DNA of 64,000 nt from a virus: the IMG/VR virus record IMGVR_UViG_3300045971_000528, positions 32,001-96,000 of that record; one strand, given 5' to 3'. Below are positions 46,591 to 56,097 of this stretch, piece after piece; position 1 is the stretch's first letter, and the number at the start of each line of letters is the position of its first letter. The notes beneath the pieces are model-generated. The model made no database searches. It was not told the DNA's origin and saw only the letters and a program-made list of their open reading frames with translations. Both the position numbers and the translations under genes were made by a program.

Positions 46591-47225
46591 AGGTTCGTCA
46601 GATCGATGATGTCGAGTCGCTTGAAGACGGCTGACTTGTGGATGCCCTTGAAGAAGCCGCCAGGCATGACAAGCTCTTCTTCAGCTGACTGACCAGCAGT
46701 GTGGTAGAGCAGGCCGAAGAACATCTCGTCCCTGAACTTGTTCCACACCTGCGAGAAGGCGTGCTCGTGTCCAGGATTTTCGTCGTCGAACTCTTGTCCG
46801 GTTGCTTGTTTGAATTCACGGTCCCACACCCCATTGAAAGCTTCTTCACCGATCCAGGCATCATAGCCCATGTAGAGGCCATTGTCTTCAGGACGGTAGC
46901 CCACGAACACGAGAGACTTGTCATCGACGGGTGATGAGAAGCTGAAGGCGTGATGTGGCTTGCGGGAGCCCTTCACCTTAGACAGATCCATCTCGATTTC
47001 GACTTCAATGCCGTCAGAGCGCTTCAGCAGACGCATCACTCGGTTTTGGGCATTGTCGATGGCAGGACCATCCTCACCATCACCAAAGACCAACTGGCCC
47101 TTGTAGGTGAGTGCGTTCTTCTTGGCACGCATGGCCTTGACGTAGGTGTTCTTGTAGAACCTGACGAGGTCACCTAGTTCGACTAGGTTAGCTGCGTCTT
47201 CCGAGAGCAGTTCATTGATCTTCAT
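46587..47225 (-). CDS. leader-bearing hypothetical protein, first of the late unit
   Basis: MKINELLSE; TAAATAG at 47249-47255. Confidence 0.75.
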   Translation of the reverse strand: MKINELLSEDAANLVELGDLVRFYKNTYVKAMRAKKNALTYKGQLVFGDGEDGPAIDNAQNRVMRLLKRSDGIEVEIEMDLSKVKGSRKPHHAFSFSSPVDDKSLVFVGYRPEDNGLYMGYDAWIGEEAFNGVWDREFKQATGQEFDDENPGHEHAFSQVWNKFRDEMFFGLLYHTAGQSAEEELVMPGGFFKGIHKSAVFKRLDIIDLTNL

Positions 47226-47495
47226 AGCTGATCCGTAGCATGGATCAGCTATTTACGGACAACCAGTGTCAGCCGAAGATCTTGGTGATGACTGCTTCAG
47301 GCACCTGCCAGAGCAGGGTGTCCTGTTCCGTAGTGAGCGACTCAGAGATGGAGATGCCACGGACGATGTCGGTGACAATCTCGAGAGCCTCTTCTTTGAG
47401 GAGATGCGTAGAGACCGATTGATCTTCCAGCCGAAGCTGGAGATTCCGTGATAGATCTGGCGGCAGGCGTCGAAAGATCTCTACGATGTCCATGT

Positions 47496-47801
47496 TCAAC
47501 CCCGAAGTAGCTGATTGGAAGGTGTGGCGAGGATCAAACCGGTGGTCTGTTGAATGTAGCTGTCGGAAACCTCACCGAGGATCTTGACAGGGCGCGCCAC
47601 GAGCGCGTGATCGAGCAGCTCGACTTCTTCTTCGTCGTGCAGAAGCGACCACTTCGAGAAGCCAAGGGTTGGCTGGCCATCGGCGCCGCGCATCATGTGG
47701 ATGACGAGCGGGTTCTTGACCTTGTAACCAGTGCCAGTGGCAGCAACCAGGTTGGCAATGAGTTCCTGACCAGTCGTCAGCATGAATGAGCGAATGTCCA
47801 T
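47496..47801 (-). CDS. conserved T4-like small beta-barrel (Sm-like) protein
   Basis: L.TGQELIA...KNPL...F..W pattern. Confidence 0.6.
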   Translation of the reverse strand: MDIRSFMLTTGQELIANLVAATGTGYKVKNPLVIHMMRGADGQPTLGFSKWSLLHDEEEVELLDHALVARPVKILGEVSDSYIQQTTGLILATPSNQLLRG

Positions 47802-47828
47802 TGAAATATCCCGGGAGTTTGAAAGTAT

Positions 47829-48239
47829 TTACAGAGCTTCAGGCAGCTGATACATCCGCTGCATGTTGTTCGTGATGAACGAACGCCAGCCGTCACGGTC
47901 CGTCGAGTAGACGTGAAGCAGGTGGGGTTGTTCTGGGCGGCCTGCACCGGCGAACACCGTCGGATCAGACGATGGCAGCAGCTTCGGATCGAGCGTGCAC
48001 TCCATGATCGCGTTGGTGCCATCAGCCTTGGTGAACTCGATGACCCACTTGCCGACTTGCAGGTAGCTGCGGATCTGCTCGCGCTTCTCGAGCTGAGATT
48101 CGGTCATGACTGTCGCTGGCTTGGGGATCTTGGGAATCGTTTTGCGGTACGGTGCATTTGGGCCACCGATCTTGGTGTCGGCAATGGGCACCCCGTTCTG
48201 CATGGAGTTGAGGACGGCGATGGTGGATGGCTTGGTCAT
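47829..48239 (-). CDS. WYL_2-like SH3/Sm beta-barrel protein
   Basis: IEFTKADGT...M.CTL...WRSF motif. Confidence 0.75.
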   Translation of the reverse strand: MTKPSTIAVLNSMQNGVPIADTKIGGPNAPYRKTIPKIPKPATVMTESQLEKREQIRSYLQVGKWVIEFTKADGTNAIMECTLDPKLLPSSDPTVFAGAGRPEQPHLLHVYSTDRDGWRSFITNNMQRMYQLPEAL

Positions 48240-48528
48240 TCAGAGTCTCCTCGGGCTTGGGCAGCAGCTTCTTCTGCTTCACGATCACAGTCCATAACGC
48301 ACTTGTCGGCGATATGGTTGGCAAGGGAAATCAAGATCGAACGAACACTCTCACGGCTCATGCACTCGTTCATGCACGTGATCTCATGGGTATCTCGATT
48401 CACATCGAAGGAGAGTTGGCCGAAGCCACAGCCCTTCCAGGCCCAGTTGAAGTAGGCCTGGCCTTGGAAGATCGTACCGATCTCAGGTGGGTTCGCGGCC
48501 ATCATAGCCCGCCGTTCATCAGGTGTCA

Positions 48529-49065
48529 TCATAGTTCGTCGATGTTGAGAATGCAGCCCTTGACTTGGAGGTCTGGCCACATGAAGGTTTCATTGAACAC
48601 GGCGTCATCGAGGAGCATCACCTCGCCGACAATACCATGCTCGCGTGTCTTGGAGAACATGTTGCGCATACAGAGACGGAAGGCTTCGTGTTTGCCCCAA
48701 AAGTTGCTCATCTCCTGGAAGTCGACGAGGCTGCGTTGAAGCCCCATCACCTTGCAGCAAACCGGGAGAATGTCTTCGTCGACGGTGGGCACTAGACTGA
48801 ATTGCATGCCGAGCGCCGCCTCCAGCATTGGGCGAACGGCTTGATTAAACTGCTCGCGTTGCGCGACGTTCCAGATGGCGAAAGAGAAGATGTGCAGGAA
48901 GTCTGGCTGAAACTTCGCCATGACCGCCTTGACCTTGTCAATGTTGATGAGCTCCGTCTTCCACCAACCCTCGATCACGGGCGTGATCACGGTGTCTTCG
49001 AGGTCTATAAATAGATGGGAACGAACTTCAGGAGCCCGAGTTGAGTGATCAAATGATGCATCCAT
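48529..49065 (-). CDS. HAD-like hypothetical protein
   Basis: LFIDLEDTVI ... LLDD. Confidence 0.6.
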   Translation of the reverse strand: MDASFDHSTRAPEVRSHLFIDLEDTVITPVIEGWWKTELINIDKVKAVMAKFQPDFLHIFSFAIWNVAQREQFNQAVRPMLEAALGMQFSLVPTVDEDILPVCCKVMGLQRSLVDFQEMSNFWGKHEAFRLCMRNMFSKTREHGIVGEVMLLDDAVFNETFMWPDLQVKGCILNIDEL

Positions 49066-49751
49066 ATTGTGTCTACATTACCTTCTATCATGGTGACCTT
49101 CTACCTCCATTTTACATCGGATCGTCGTCAACGTGTAAAGTGGAAGCAGGTTACAATGGCACCGTTTCATCTAAAACGTGGAAGCGCGTGTGGGAAGATG
49201 AACAGCGACTTCACAAAGATCTATTCTACACGATGATCGTGTCAGTGCATCCTACCCGTAATGATGCACTCGAAGCCGAATTCGCAGCACAAAAACAGTT
49301 CGATGCGGTCAACTCAGATCTATTCATCAACAAGGGGTATGCTCACAAGAAGTTTTGGGGCGAGAACTTCAAACCTGGACACCGACACACAGAAGAAACG
49401 AAAGCGAAGATGCGAAATCGAGTAGTGACGGAGGAGACACGAAGAAGAATGTCAGAGGCCGGGAAACTAAAAGCGCCAATGTCAGAGGAGACACGAGCCA
49501 AAATGCTTGCACGTGATCCCGCAACCCGTCTTCATTCTACCGAAACAAAAGCAAAGATCAGCAGATCAAACAGAAAACCAAAGACGGCCGAGGCCGTCAA
49601 AAATTCAGTTGCCGCTCGTTTGGCAGTCATGACCCCGGAGTTCAGAGAGAAGTTAGCAGCCAATCGTGGCAAGCATTGGTATAACAACGGCACCAAAAGC
49701 TTCTTGATGCTTGACACTGAAGCCGATGGTCTGCAGCGTGGTCGCCTTTAG
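49053..49751 (+). mobile_element. GIY-YIG (Seg-like) homing endonuclease with NUMOD3-like repeats
   Basis: YCVYIT..PPFYIGS; HTEETKAKM repeats; only convincing plus-strand gene; TATAAATA at 49006-49013. Confidence 0.85.
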
Positions 49752-50132
49752 ATCTTCAGGTGCTGCGTCAATCCGTCCAGCTGCTTCATCTGGGCTTTGG
49801 TTGCTTTCTGATCCGTCGGGAGTAGACATTTTTGTGCGAGGGCCTGTGTCATCATTCGGATACCGTTCTCGGACATCTTCGATGCCACGATCACTTTGCG
49901 CTGGGCGGGCGTCACGTCTTCTTGCGTGAAGAAAACGTACTGGGCCCCGCTGCCCCGTTTGGGGTCAGGGTAGAAGGCCTCAGTGAAAAGACCCGTCGCC
50001 ATCGGCGTCAAAGTTGCGCGGTACCAAAGTCGTGTTGAGTTCTGCGGTGTCATGCGGAGCCAGGAAGTGAAGGGGCTCCATACCACCATAAGAACATTGT
50101 ATCACGGTACCGCGCCTTTGTACACAGTCTAG

Positions 50133-50462
50133 TCAGGTTGAAGCTGCTTCTCGTGCCAGCTCCATCTGAATGCCCGCTTCCTGACGGCTGAGGTGCCGCT
50201 CGGTGATCAGCTCAGTTGCTTCAGTGATGAGGCTCTTGTGCTCCTCGCGGAGGTTCTCCATCTTGGCATGCGCGCCATGGTAGTCAGCGCGGCGTTGCGA
50301 GATCCACTTGTAGTCAAACGCGCCATGCTTCGAGAACTCGCGCTGGGCGTTCTTGAAATCGACCTTCACCTTGCGGATGCCGGCGATCGTGTCGAAATAC
50401 TGGAGGCGCCATGTAGCAACGTAGGCGAGGTAGGTTTTACGGGAGTTGAATTCGAATTTCAT
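50133..50462 (-). CDS. hypothetical protein
   Basis: TAAGGA RBS; 109 aa. Confidence 0.7.
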   Translation of the reverse strand: MKFEFNSRKTYLAYVATWRLQYFDTIAGIRKVKVDFKNAQREFSKHGAFDYKWISQRRADYHGAHAKMENLREEHKSLITEATELITERHLSRQEAGIQMELAREAAST

Positions 50463-50595
50463 GATATGGTATCCTTAAGGTTGGGTGAATGAGTTGTTGG
50501 GCAAATTCGGTCACCTTAGGGAGGACCCCGGGCTTGGGTAAATGCGCGCGCTATCTAGCAACTAATGCTATAAGTCGCACGCTGAGTGGTGGTGT

Positions 50596-51057
50596 TCATA
50601 GTCCAAGTTCCTTCTTCAGTTTGGTGTACTGCTCGAGCTGGCTTTTGCGGAGCCGCTCGTCAGCCAAGGCCCTCGCCTTGAGTGCATTGGCGTGTGCTTC
50701 GGCTTCGCGGGCTTCACGGAGCTTCTTCTCACGTGCTGCCCGCTCTTCGAAGATCTGCGCCACGAGGGCATCGAACTTCACAAGCTCTTCACGTTCCTCG
50801 TCAGACCACTTGTCGTCCTCGGCGCTGTAGTCCGAGTGCTGGAGGTTCTGGAAGTTGTCGTCACCGTGACGCTTCCCGTTGATCAGGAGAAGCGTGTCAG
50901 CAGACGACCACTGGCAGTTTGCCCAAGCACGAGCTGCTTCGTCGAGTTCATCGAACTGTTCGATCTCGCAAGAGCCCTCCGAGAGGATTCGATCTGGGTC
51001 GCCGCAGCAGCCGCGCTCGATCTCGGTGCCTTCGAACTTGATGATGGTGAACTTCAT
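50596..51057 (-). CDS. hypothetical protein with coiled-coil tail
   Basis: ATGA-coupled operon. Confidence 0.7.
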   Translation of the reverse strand: MKFTIIKFEGTEIERGCCGDPDRILSEGSCEIEQFDELDEAARAWANCQWSSADTLLLINGKRHGDDNFQNLQHSDYSAEDDKWSDEEREELVKFDALVAQIFEERAAREKKLREAREAEAHANALKARALADERLRKSQLEQYTKLKKELGL

Positions 51058-51446
51058 GATTGTGCCCCAGTGATACGGTGGTATTCAGCGATGATCGCGG
51101 CCTTCCGAGCTTCTTCAGCGCGGGCAGCTTCTTGACGTTCGGCTTCTTCCTTGTCGGCAACGAACTGCTTCGCAGCAGCGATCGGGTCTTCGGCGTTCAT
51201 CACGCTCAGCGGGATCCGATGTTCGCCGTCCATAGCGCAGCATCGAACTTCGTACGCTGTCTCGATCACGAACTCGTCGCCGTCCTCGTACGTGCGAGTG
51301 ATTCGGTCGTGCCCGATCTGGCCTTCACCGAGGGCTTCGAGAATCTTGTCGAGCTCGATAGCGAACTCGTACGATGCCTGCGCCTTGCGGGCCTTGGCAT
51401 GGCTGATCTCAGATTCGAGATCGCTGAGTGTGTCGCGGAGGCTCAT
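51054..51446 (-). CDS. hypothetical protein with coiled-coil tail
   Basis: ATGA-coupled operon. Confidence 0.7.
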   Translation of the reverse strand: MSLRDTLSDLESEISHAKARKAQASYEFAIELDKILEALGEGQIGHDRITRTYEDGDEFVIETAYEVRCCAMDGEHRIPLSVMNAEDPIAAAKQFVADKEEAERQEAARAEEARKAAIIAEYHRITGAQS

Positions 51447-51901
51447 GATTGTCCTCCCATGGCGGCGAGCTTCTTGTTCAGCTCTGCCTGTTGGCGGAGC
51501 AGCGCAGCACGGGTCTGTTCGAGTTCCTTCTGTGCCGCCTGGATCTTGCGGGCCTCGATCGTCTTCAGATGACGCTTGAAGAAGTCGAACTGCTTCTGCT
51601 TGAAGAGATCGTGCTGGCCGTCGAGCACCAGCGGGTCGAGTTGAAAGCTGCCGCTGATCTCGTCTTGACCACCCCAGTGACCGCGTTCCCAGCAGTTGAT
51701 CGAACCACCTTCACCCACCTCCATCCAATCCGTGTACTGGAGATAGCGATAGTTCGAGTCCATGCTGTGTGAAAAGCCGGCAGTGACCGAAGCTTCTCGC
51801 ATGAGTTGGAGTTGAGTCTCGGCGAAGCCGTGAAGCTTGCCCTCGAGTTCGCTGACTTGGTTCATGAGGTCAGCATGTTGTTGCAAAAGTGCGTGGCTCA
51901 T
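51443..51901 (-). CDS. hypothetical protein with coiled-coil tail
   Basis: MSHALL start overlapping the upstream TGA. Confidence 0.7.
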   Translation of the reverse strand: MSHALLQQHADLMNQVSELEGKLHGFAETQLQLMREASVTAGFSHSMDSNYRYLQYTDWMEVGEGGSINCWERGHWGGQDEISGSFQLDPLVLDGQHDLFKQKQFDFFKRHLKTIEARKIQAAQKELEQTRAALLRQQAELNKKLAAMGGQS

Positions 51902-52227
51902 TTGATGCTCCAAAGTGGGAGATGTGAAAGGAAGAACTTTTGATCGGCAGTGATCATGCACGAGATCGCAGTGAGACCCCAGTGTTGGTAGGGTTCATGG
52001 AACTCGGCAGTCTTGATGCCCTGTTCGTGCAGCGAATGACGCAGCAACTCGAGTGACTTGGTGTCACGAGCAGACAGGTGGATCAAAGACGGGTGATGGT
52101 CGTGAGGGCGACCGAACTGGAACGCGTATTCGAGAGCGGCGTGGCCGGCCTGAATAGCCTGGTGCGCGAGTGGGAGATCGCGGCGGGAGATCGTGTAGAG
52201 ATAGGACTTGCGGGAAACCTACATCAT
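51898..52227 (-). CDS. Pth2-like peptidyl-tRNA hydrolase with an in-frame TAG at codon 3
   Basis: GAGG RBS, then ATG ATG TAG GTT..., continuing YLYTISRRDLPLAHQAIQAGHAALE...EFHEP...GLTAI. Confidence 0.75.
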
Positions 52228-52313
52228 GATAGCCTCGTAGTGTGGTGACTTCGTTTACAGCGTGGTGAAGTCGATACCGGTTCAATGCTGCGGGACTCTT
52301 TGTTGACTGTTCT

Positions 52314-52342
52314 ATTCTACCATAGTCAACGCCGAATGTACA
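52314..52342 (-). promoter_or_regulatory. sigma70-like promoter of the pth-like operon
   Basis: TGTACA-N17-TAGAAT. Confidence 0.7.
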
Positions 52343-52624
52343 ACTATTTATGCGAATCCTTCAGGTCGACACCCAGCATTTTGGCAGCAACCTCGTCGAA
52401 AGACATCTCGAGGTCATGGTAGACGATGGTGCTACCATCTTTGCGTGCCTTTTCCGTGAAGAGGTTCATGACCATGTTCGACCGATGCTCGCGGCTCGGG
52501 TTCACGAGAGGACCCCAGAGCATCATGTCGCCGATCTTGGTGCCTTCAGCAGGCGGCCAGGTGGGCGTGATGCAGACGATGTCGTGTTCCTTGGCCACAG
52601 CCAGCATCTTGTCGAACAGGTTCT

Positions 52625-53113
52625 TCATGATCCGGTGCTCAACATGAGGGTGTCAGCCCGGCCCGGCTTCGGCTGGAAATCCTCGACGAAGATGTGGTGG
52701 GTGTCACCACTCGCGTCGATCGCACCGTCAGCAGCGATGTAGAGGTCCTTCCAGGTGGGGCCTTCCACGTCTGCCGTCACATGCACGGAGCTGGTGTGGT
52801 ACTGGAGCTTTGTGATCTTGCCGAACGGATGGTCAGCGAGCAGGTCTTCGACTTCATGCAGACTCCAGATCGCCTTGAGGTTGTGCTCGATCGCGACCTT
52901 GCCGGCACTGTCGATGCTCTTCTCGGCCATTGCATCGTCCTGCTCGTACGCGTTCTTCAGCCCCTTATTCAGGAGGTCGATCGCCTTCTGGAGACGGGCG
53001 GCCATCTTCGGATGCACGACGCCTTCCATCGACTGCAGAATGCCGTGCAGCTCGCACTTGGCATTGTGGACATCAGCGAACTCAGAAGGAGTCAGAGTGG
53101 GAGAGATGTTCAT
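52625..53113 (-). CDS. hypothetical protein
   Basis: 162-aa ORF with AAGGA RBS. Confidence 0.7.
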   Translation of the reverse strand: MNISPTLTPSEFADVHNAKCELHGILQSMEGVVHPKMAARLQKAIDLLNKGLKNAYEQDDAMAEKSIDSAGKVAIEHNLKAIWSLHEVEDLLADHPFGKITKLQYHTSSVHVTADVEGPTWKDLYIAADGAIDASGDTHHIFVEDFQPKPGRADTLMLSTGS

Positions 53114-53126
53114 GCCTGTCCTTGAT

Positions 53127-53201
53127 TGGTGCGCCCGGCGGGAATCGAACCCGCGCCAAAGGATTTAGAATCCCCTACTCTAACCGCTGAGCTACGAGCG
53201 C
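53127..53201 (-). tRNA. amber-suppressor tRNA (anticodon CTA)
   Basis: Canonical numbering gives GGGGA-TT CTA AA-TCCTT; CCA; own TG-G-TATAAT promoter. Confidence 0.8.
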
Positions 53202-53504
53202 GTATTTGGTGCATGTAGCCATTATACCATAAGCGCCGAATCCGGACAACAAGAAGTGTAACGTCAGAAGCTGATCTTCCCGGTGGCCCACATGACAGCA
53301 AGAGTCGGCACCAGAATGTGCTCGAAGATCTCGTACAGCGTCATGAACGTGAGAAGCACTGCAAAGAGCGGGTTGGTCTCAGCCTTCGTGGCGAGCCAAC
53401 GGAAGAAGCGAGCGTGTGTAGCAGCAATCTGCTGGGCAATTTTGACGATGAACATAAGAACCTCCAATGAGAATGATTCTTATTTACAGAGAACATCTAG
53501 CGGA

Positions 53505-53815
53505 AACAACAACGGACCCGAAGGTCCGTGTCGGATGACTCAGCGAACTGAGTCACCTACCGTTTGATGACAAGGACCGGGTGTCCTCGCAAAGCTTACG
53601 CCGCTAGGCGCAGTCCTTCGAAGTTAGCATCGTTTGCAGATACTTGGTTTTGCTTGATTTACGGTCATCGCCTACCGAGCGCAAGAAAAGTTACTAGTCT
53701 GTCGGTCGATTACCAGATCACCCCCATCAGAAGAACACCCGCAGATGCGCTTATGGTGGAGGTGGGGGGATTTGAACCCCCGTGTCGCCAGCATTTCTCA
53801 GTCCTCGTTTACGCT
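53505..53815 (-). ncRNA. ssrA: circularly permuted (two-piece) tmRNA, tag ANDANFEGLRLAA
   Basis: T arm plus CACCTCCACCA (ending 53754) precedes GGGGGTGA (starting 53725); G3.U70; tag ORF 53637-53596; terminator. Confidence 0.9.
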
Positions 53816-53816
53816 G

Positions 53817-54437
53817 TTATTGGAAGCCTGGGTTCAGGCGTCCCAATTTCAAATTCTTCGTCCTCTCGTCAGTGATGGCAAGCAGAAAATTGGTAGTTGA
53901 ATCATTATACCACCTTTTCCCGTACGTGCCATTCTTTTTGCACTTTTTGTTTTCGATCCATTCGCTTGACAAAATCCATCCAACAGGTTGATCACCACGA
54001 ACAAACCTCCTTCGGTCGCCATCAGCATCTCGATAGATGCTCGTACCAAATGCAGAATTTGTATCGCCTTGCTGGTGGTTGATCGATGCGTATGTGTTCT
54101 TCCGTTTAGCAACCGCTTCTGGTGTGGAAGCCTGGGCCGTGGCATATTCTTGGTTCTTCGTATTTAGTTTCCAATTAGCAGATGTCGGCTTTTTCCAGGG
54201 TTGATTTGCAGCGACTGCCTTATGACCACCTAGTCTTTGCAGCTCATGCACTAATTCTGACTTCGAGATAATTCCTGCCAAACCTTTCCAAGCCAACTTG
54301 TCCTCTACTCTACCGTGCGTTTCATAGAGCAGCCGGTGTGCTTCGGCGTGTTCAGCAACGGTGAGCAGTTCTATGTTGTCTGGAGAATCTGTTCCACCAG
54401 CATGTGTGGGAATTTTGTGATGACGATGTTTCAACAT
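53817..54437 (-). mobile_element. HNH homing endonuclease
   Basis: HHKIP...GG.D...N...LT..EH..AH; WYN tail; TATAAATA at 54442-54449; AT-richer than flanks. Confidence 0.85.
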
Positions 54438-55011
54438 CGTCTATTTATACGGAATCGAACCTATGTCCTATGGTGTCAGGATGTTGCCGATATCCTCGAG
54501 CTGTTTGCGGATGTTATCGAACATGTCTTCAACGGCCTTCTGTTCATCGGGCGTCATCGGTTCGACGTGCCCATCGATGATGATGATTCCGTATTCGACC
54601 TCAGTCTTGTACGAAACACCTGGTGATGTCAGTGGCTTCTTCCCGCGCTTCGATATGATTTTCAAGGACAGCTCCCGTATGCTGCCTTATTTATCTCACC
54701 AACGGTCGCGGAGGTCCGCAAAGCTGGTATCGGGAACAAACTTGTACCGCTTGATGTGCTCGGCGCAGATGGCCTTCAATGCCTTCTGCATGTCCGCTGG
54801 CCAGCCCTCACGATCGAACTGGTCAGTGTAGATCCACCGCATGAGATTGTTCTGCAGAAGCTGGGTGCCCCACTCTCCCACGATCTGCTTGTAGATCCGC
54901 GGGTACATGGCTTTCACCACGAGCAGCGGATTGAGATCAGTGTGGGGCATGTCGAGGCCGGACGGTTCAGTGTCCTCAAAACCCGGCAGCTGCGGAAAAT
55001 CCATGCTCATG

Positions 55012-55491
55012 TCATCCTCGCTTGTCCCTCTTCGCCTGCTGGGCTGCGTGCTTCTCACAGTAGGTCTTGAGCCAGTTCTTGCCGCCGCACTCGCCGGGTG
55101 CACCACACGCTTCACACGTGTGGGATGCCTTTATCTCGGCAGTTCGAATGTAGTTGCCGATGGCGCTGTAGAACGCCTCCTCGTCTGGCGCTTTGCCTGC
55201 CTTCGACTGCGTGTAGAAGCGCAAGCCACCAAACTTCTCCTTGATCTGTTGCGCTTGGCATGAAGATCCTGGGCACAGCTCCAACAAGCCTGTGATGCCG
55301 ATGAACGCTTCTTCCAGGATCGGCCACCAACCTGGCCCGACCAGCGTGCCGAGATCTCGGCCCTTGAAGATCAACGGATACTTGGCTTTGATCAGTTTCC
55401 ACTCGGCTTCGATGATGTCCCAATGCCCATGGTCGTCGAGTACATCGCGGCTGACGGCAGCCTCGTAGGCGGTGATGGCGGCTTGGCTCAT
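55012..55491 (-). CDS. conserved phage protein with Zn ribbon
   Basis: GW..I, QIKEKFGGLRFY, TCEACG. Confidence 0.75.
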   Translation of the reverse strand: MSQAAITAYEAAVSRDVLDDHGHWDIIEAEWKLIKAKYPLIFKGRDLGTLVGPGWWPILEEAFIGITGLLELCPGSSCQAQQIKEKFGGLRFYTQSKAGKAPDEEAFYSAIGNYIRTAEIKASHTCEACGAPGECGGKNWLKTYCEKHAAQQAKRDKRG

Positions 55492-56097
55492 AGGTGAAAT
55501 GCCTTTTGAAGTAGAAGCACGACTGCGTCGCGCATGGTTTGTTTGAAGAGGGTGGTGCTGAAGTCGGCGGTCTTGAGTGTCTCGACCATACCGCGGATCT
55601 CGTCTTGCCGGTACTTCAATCGAGCGGTCTCCATCAGCTCCATCATGCCTTCACCACTCTGTGCCCACTCTTCCTTGACGCGCAAGATGTAGTCACGGCT
55701 GGATTCGCCGAACTGGACTTCGGGAAGTCGACTGAGTAGACGAATGTTCATTGCTTGTCCGTCCACTGGTTGTAGAGCTTCCAGCCCAGCACCACCTTCA
55801 AGCGCTGGTCGATGCTGGTCGTTGAGCGGCCAAGTTGCCACGCGCAGTGGGCAAGGTCGACGTCCATGAGGTGACCACCATTCCCGCCAGCCCGCTGCGT
55901 AGCAATGTGCTTGAGCACATCATCTTCGGCCGGACTCCAGCGTGCGCCGAGGCGCGGACGATCGGTCCACGGCGGCATGGCTGGGTTCAGACCAAGCTGC
56001 GGGAACAACCAGGTCTCGGCCTTCTTTAGCGCACGTTGGCGCTGGATCTGCGCATAGACATGCGCTGTGGGATTGAATTGGGGGCGATAGCGGTAGG

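Noticed and set aside
54451-54475. T-arm-like GACATAGGTTCGATTCC upstream of the HNH gene
   Set aside because: No acceptor or D arm; at most a remnant
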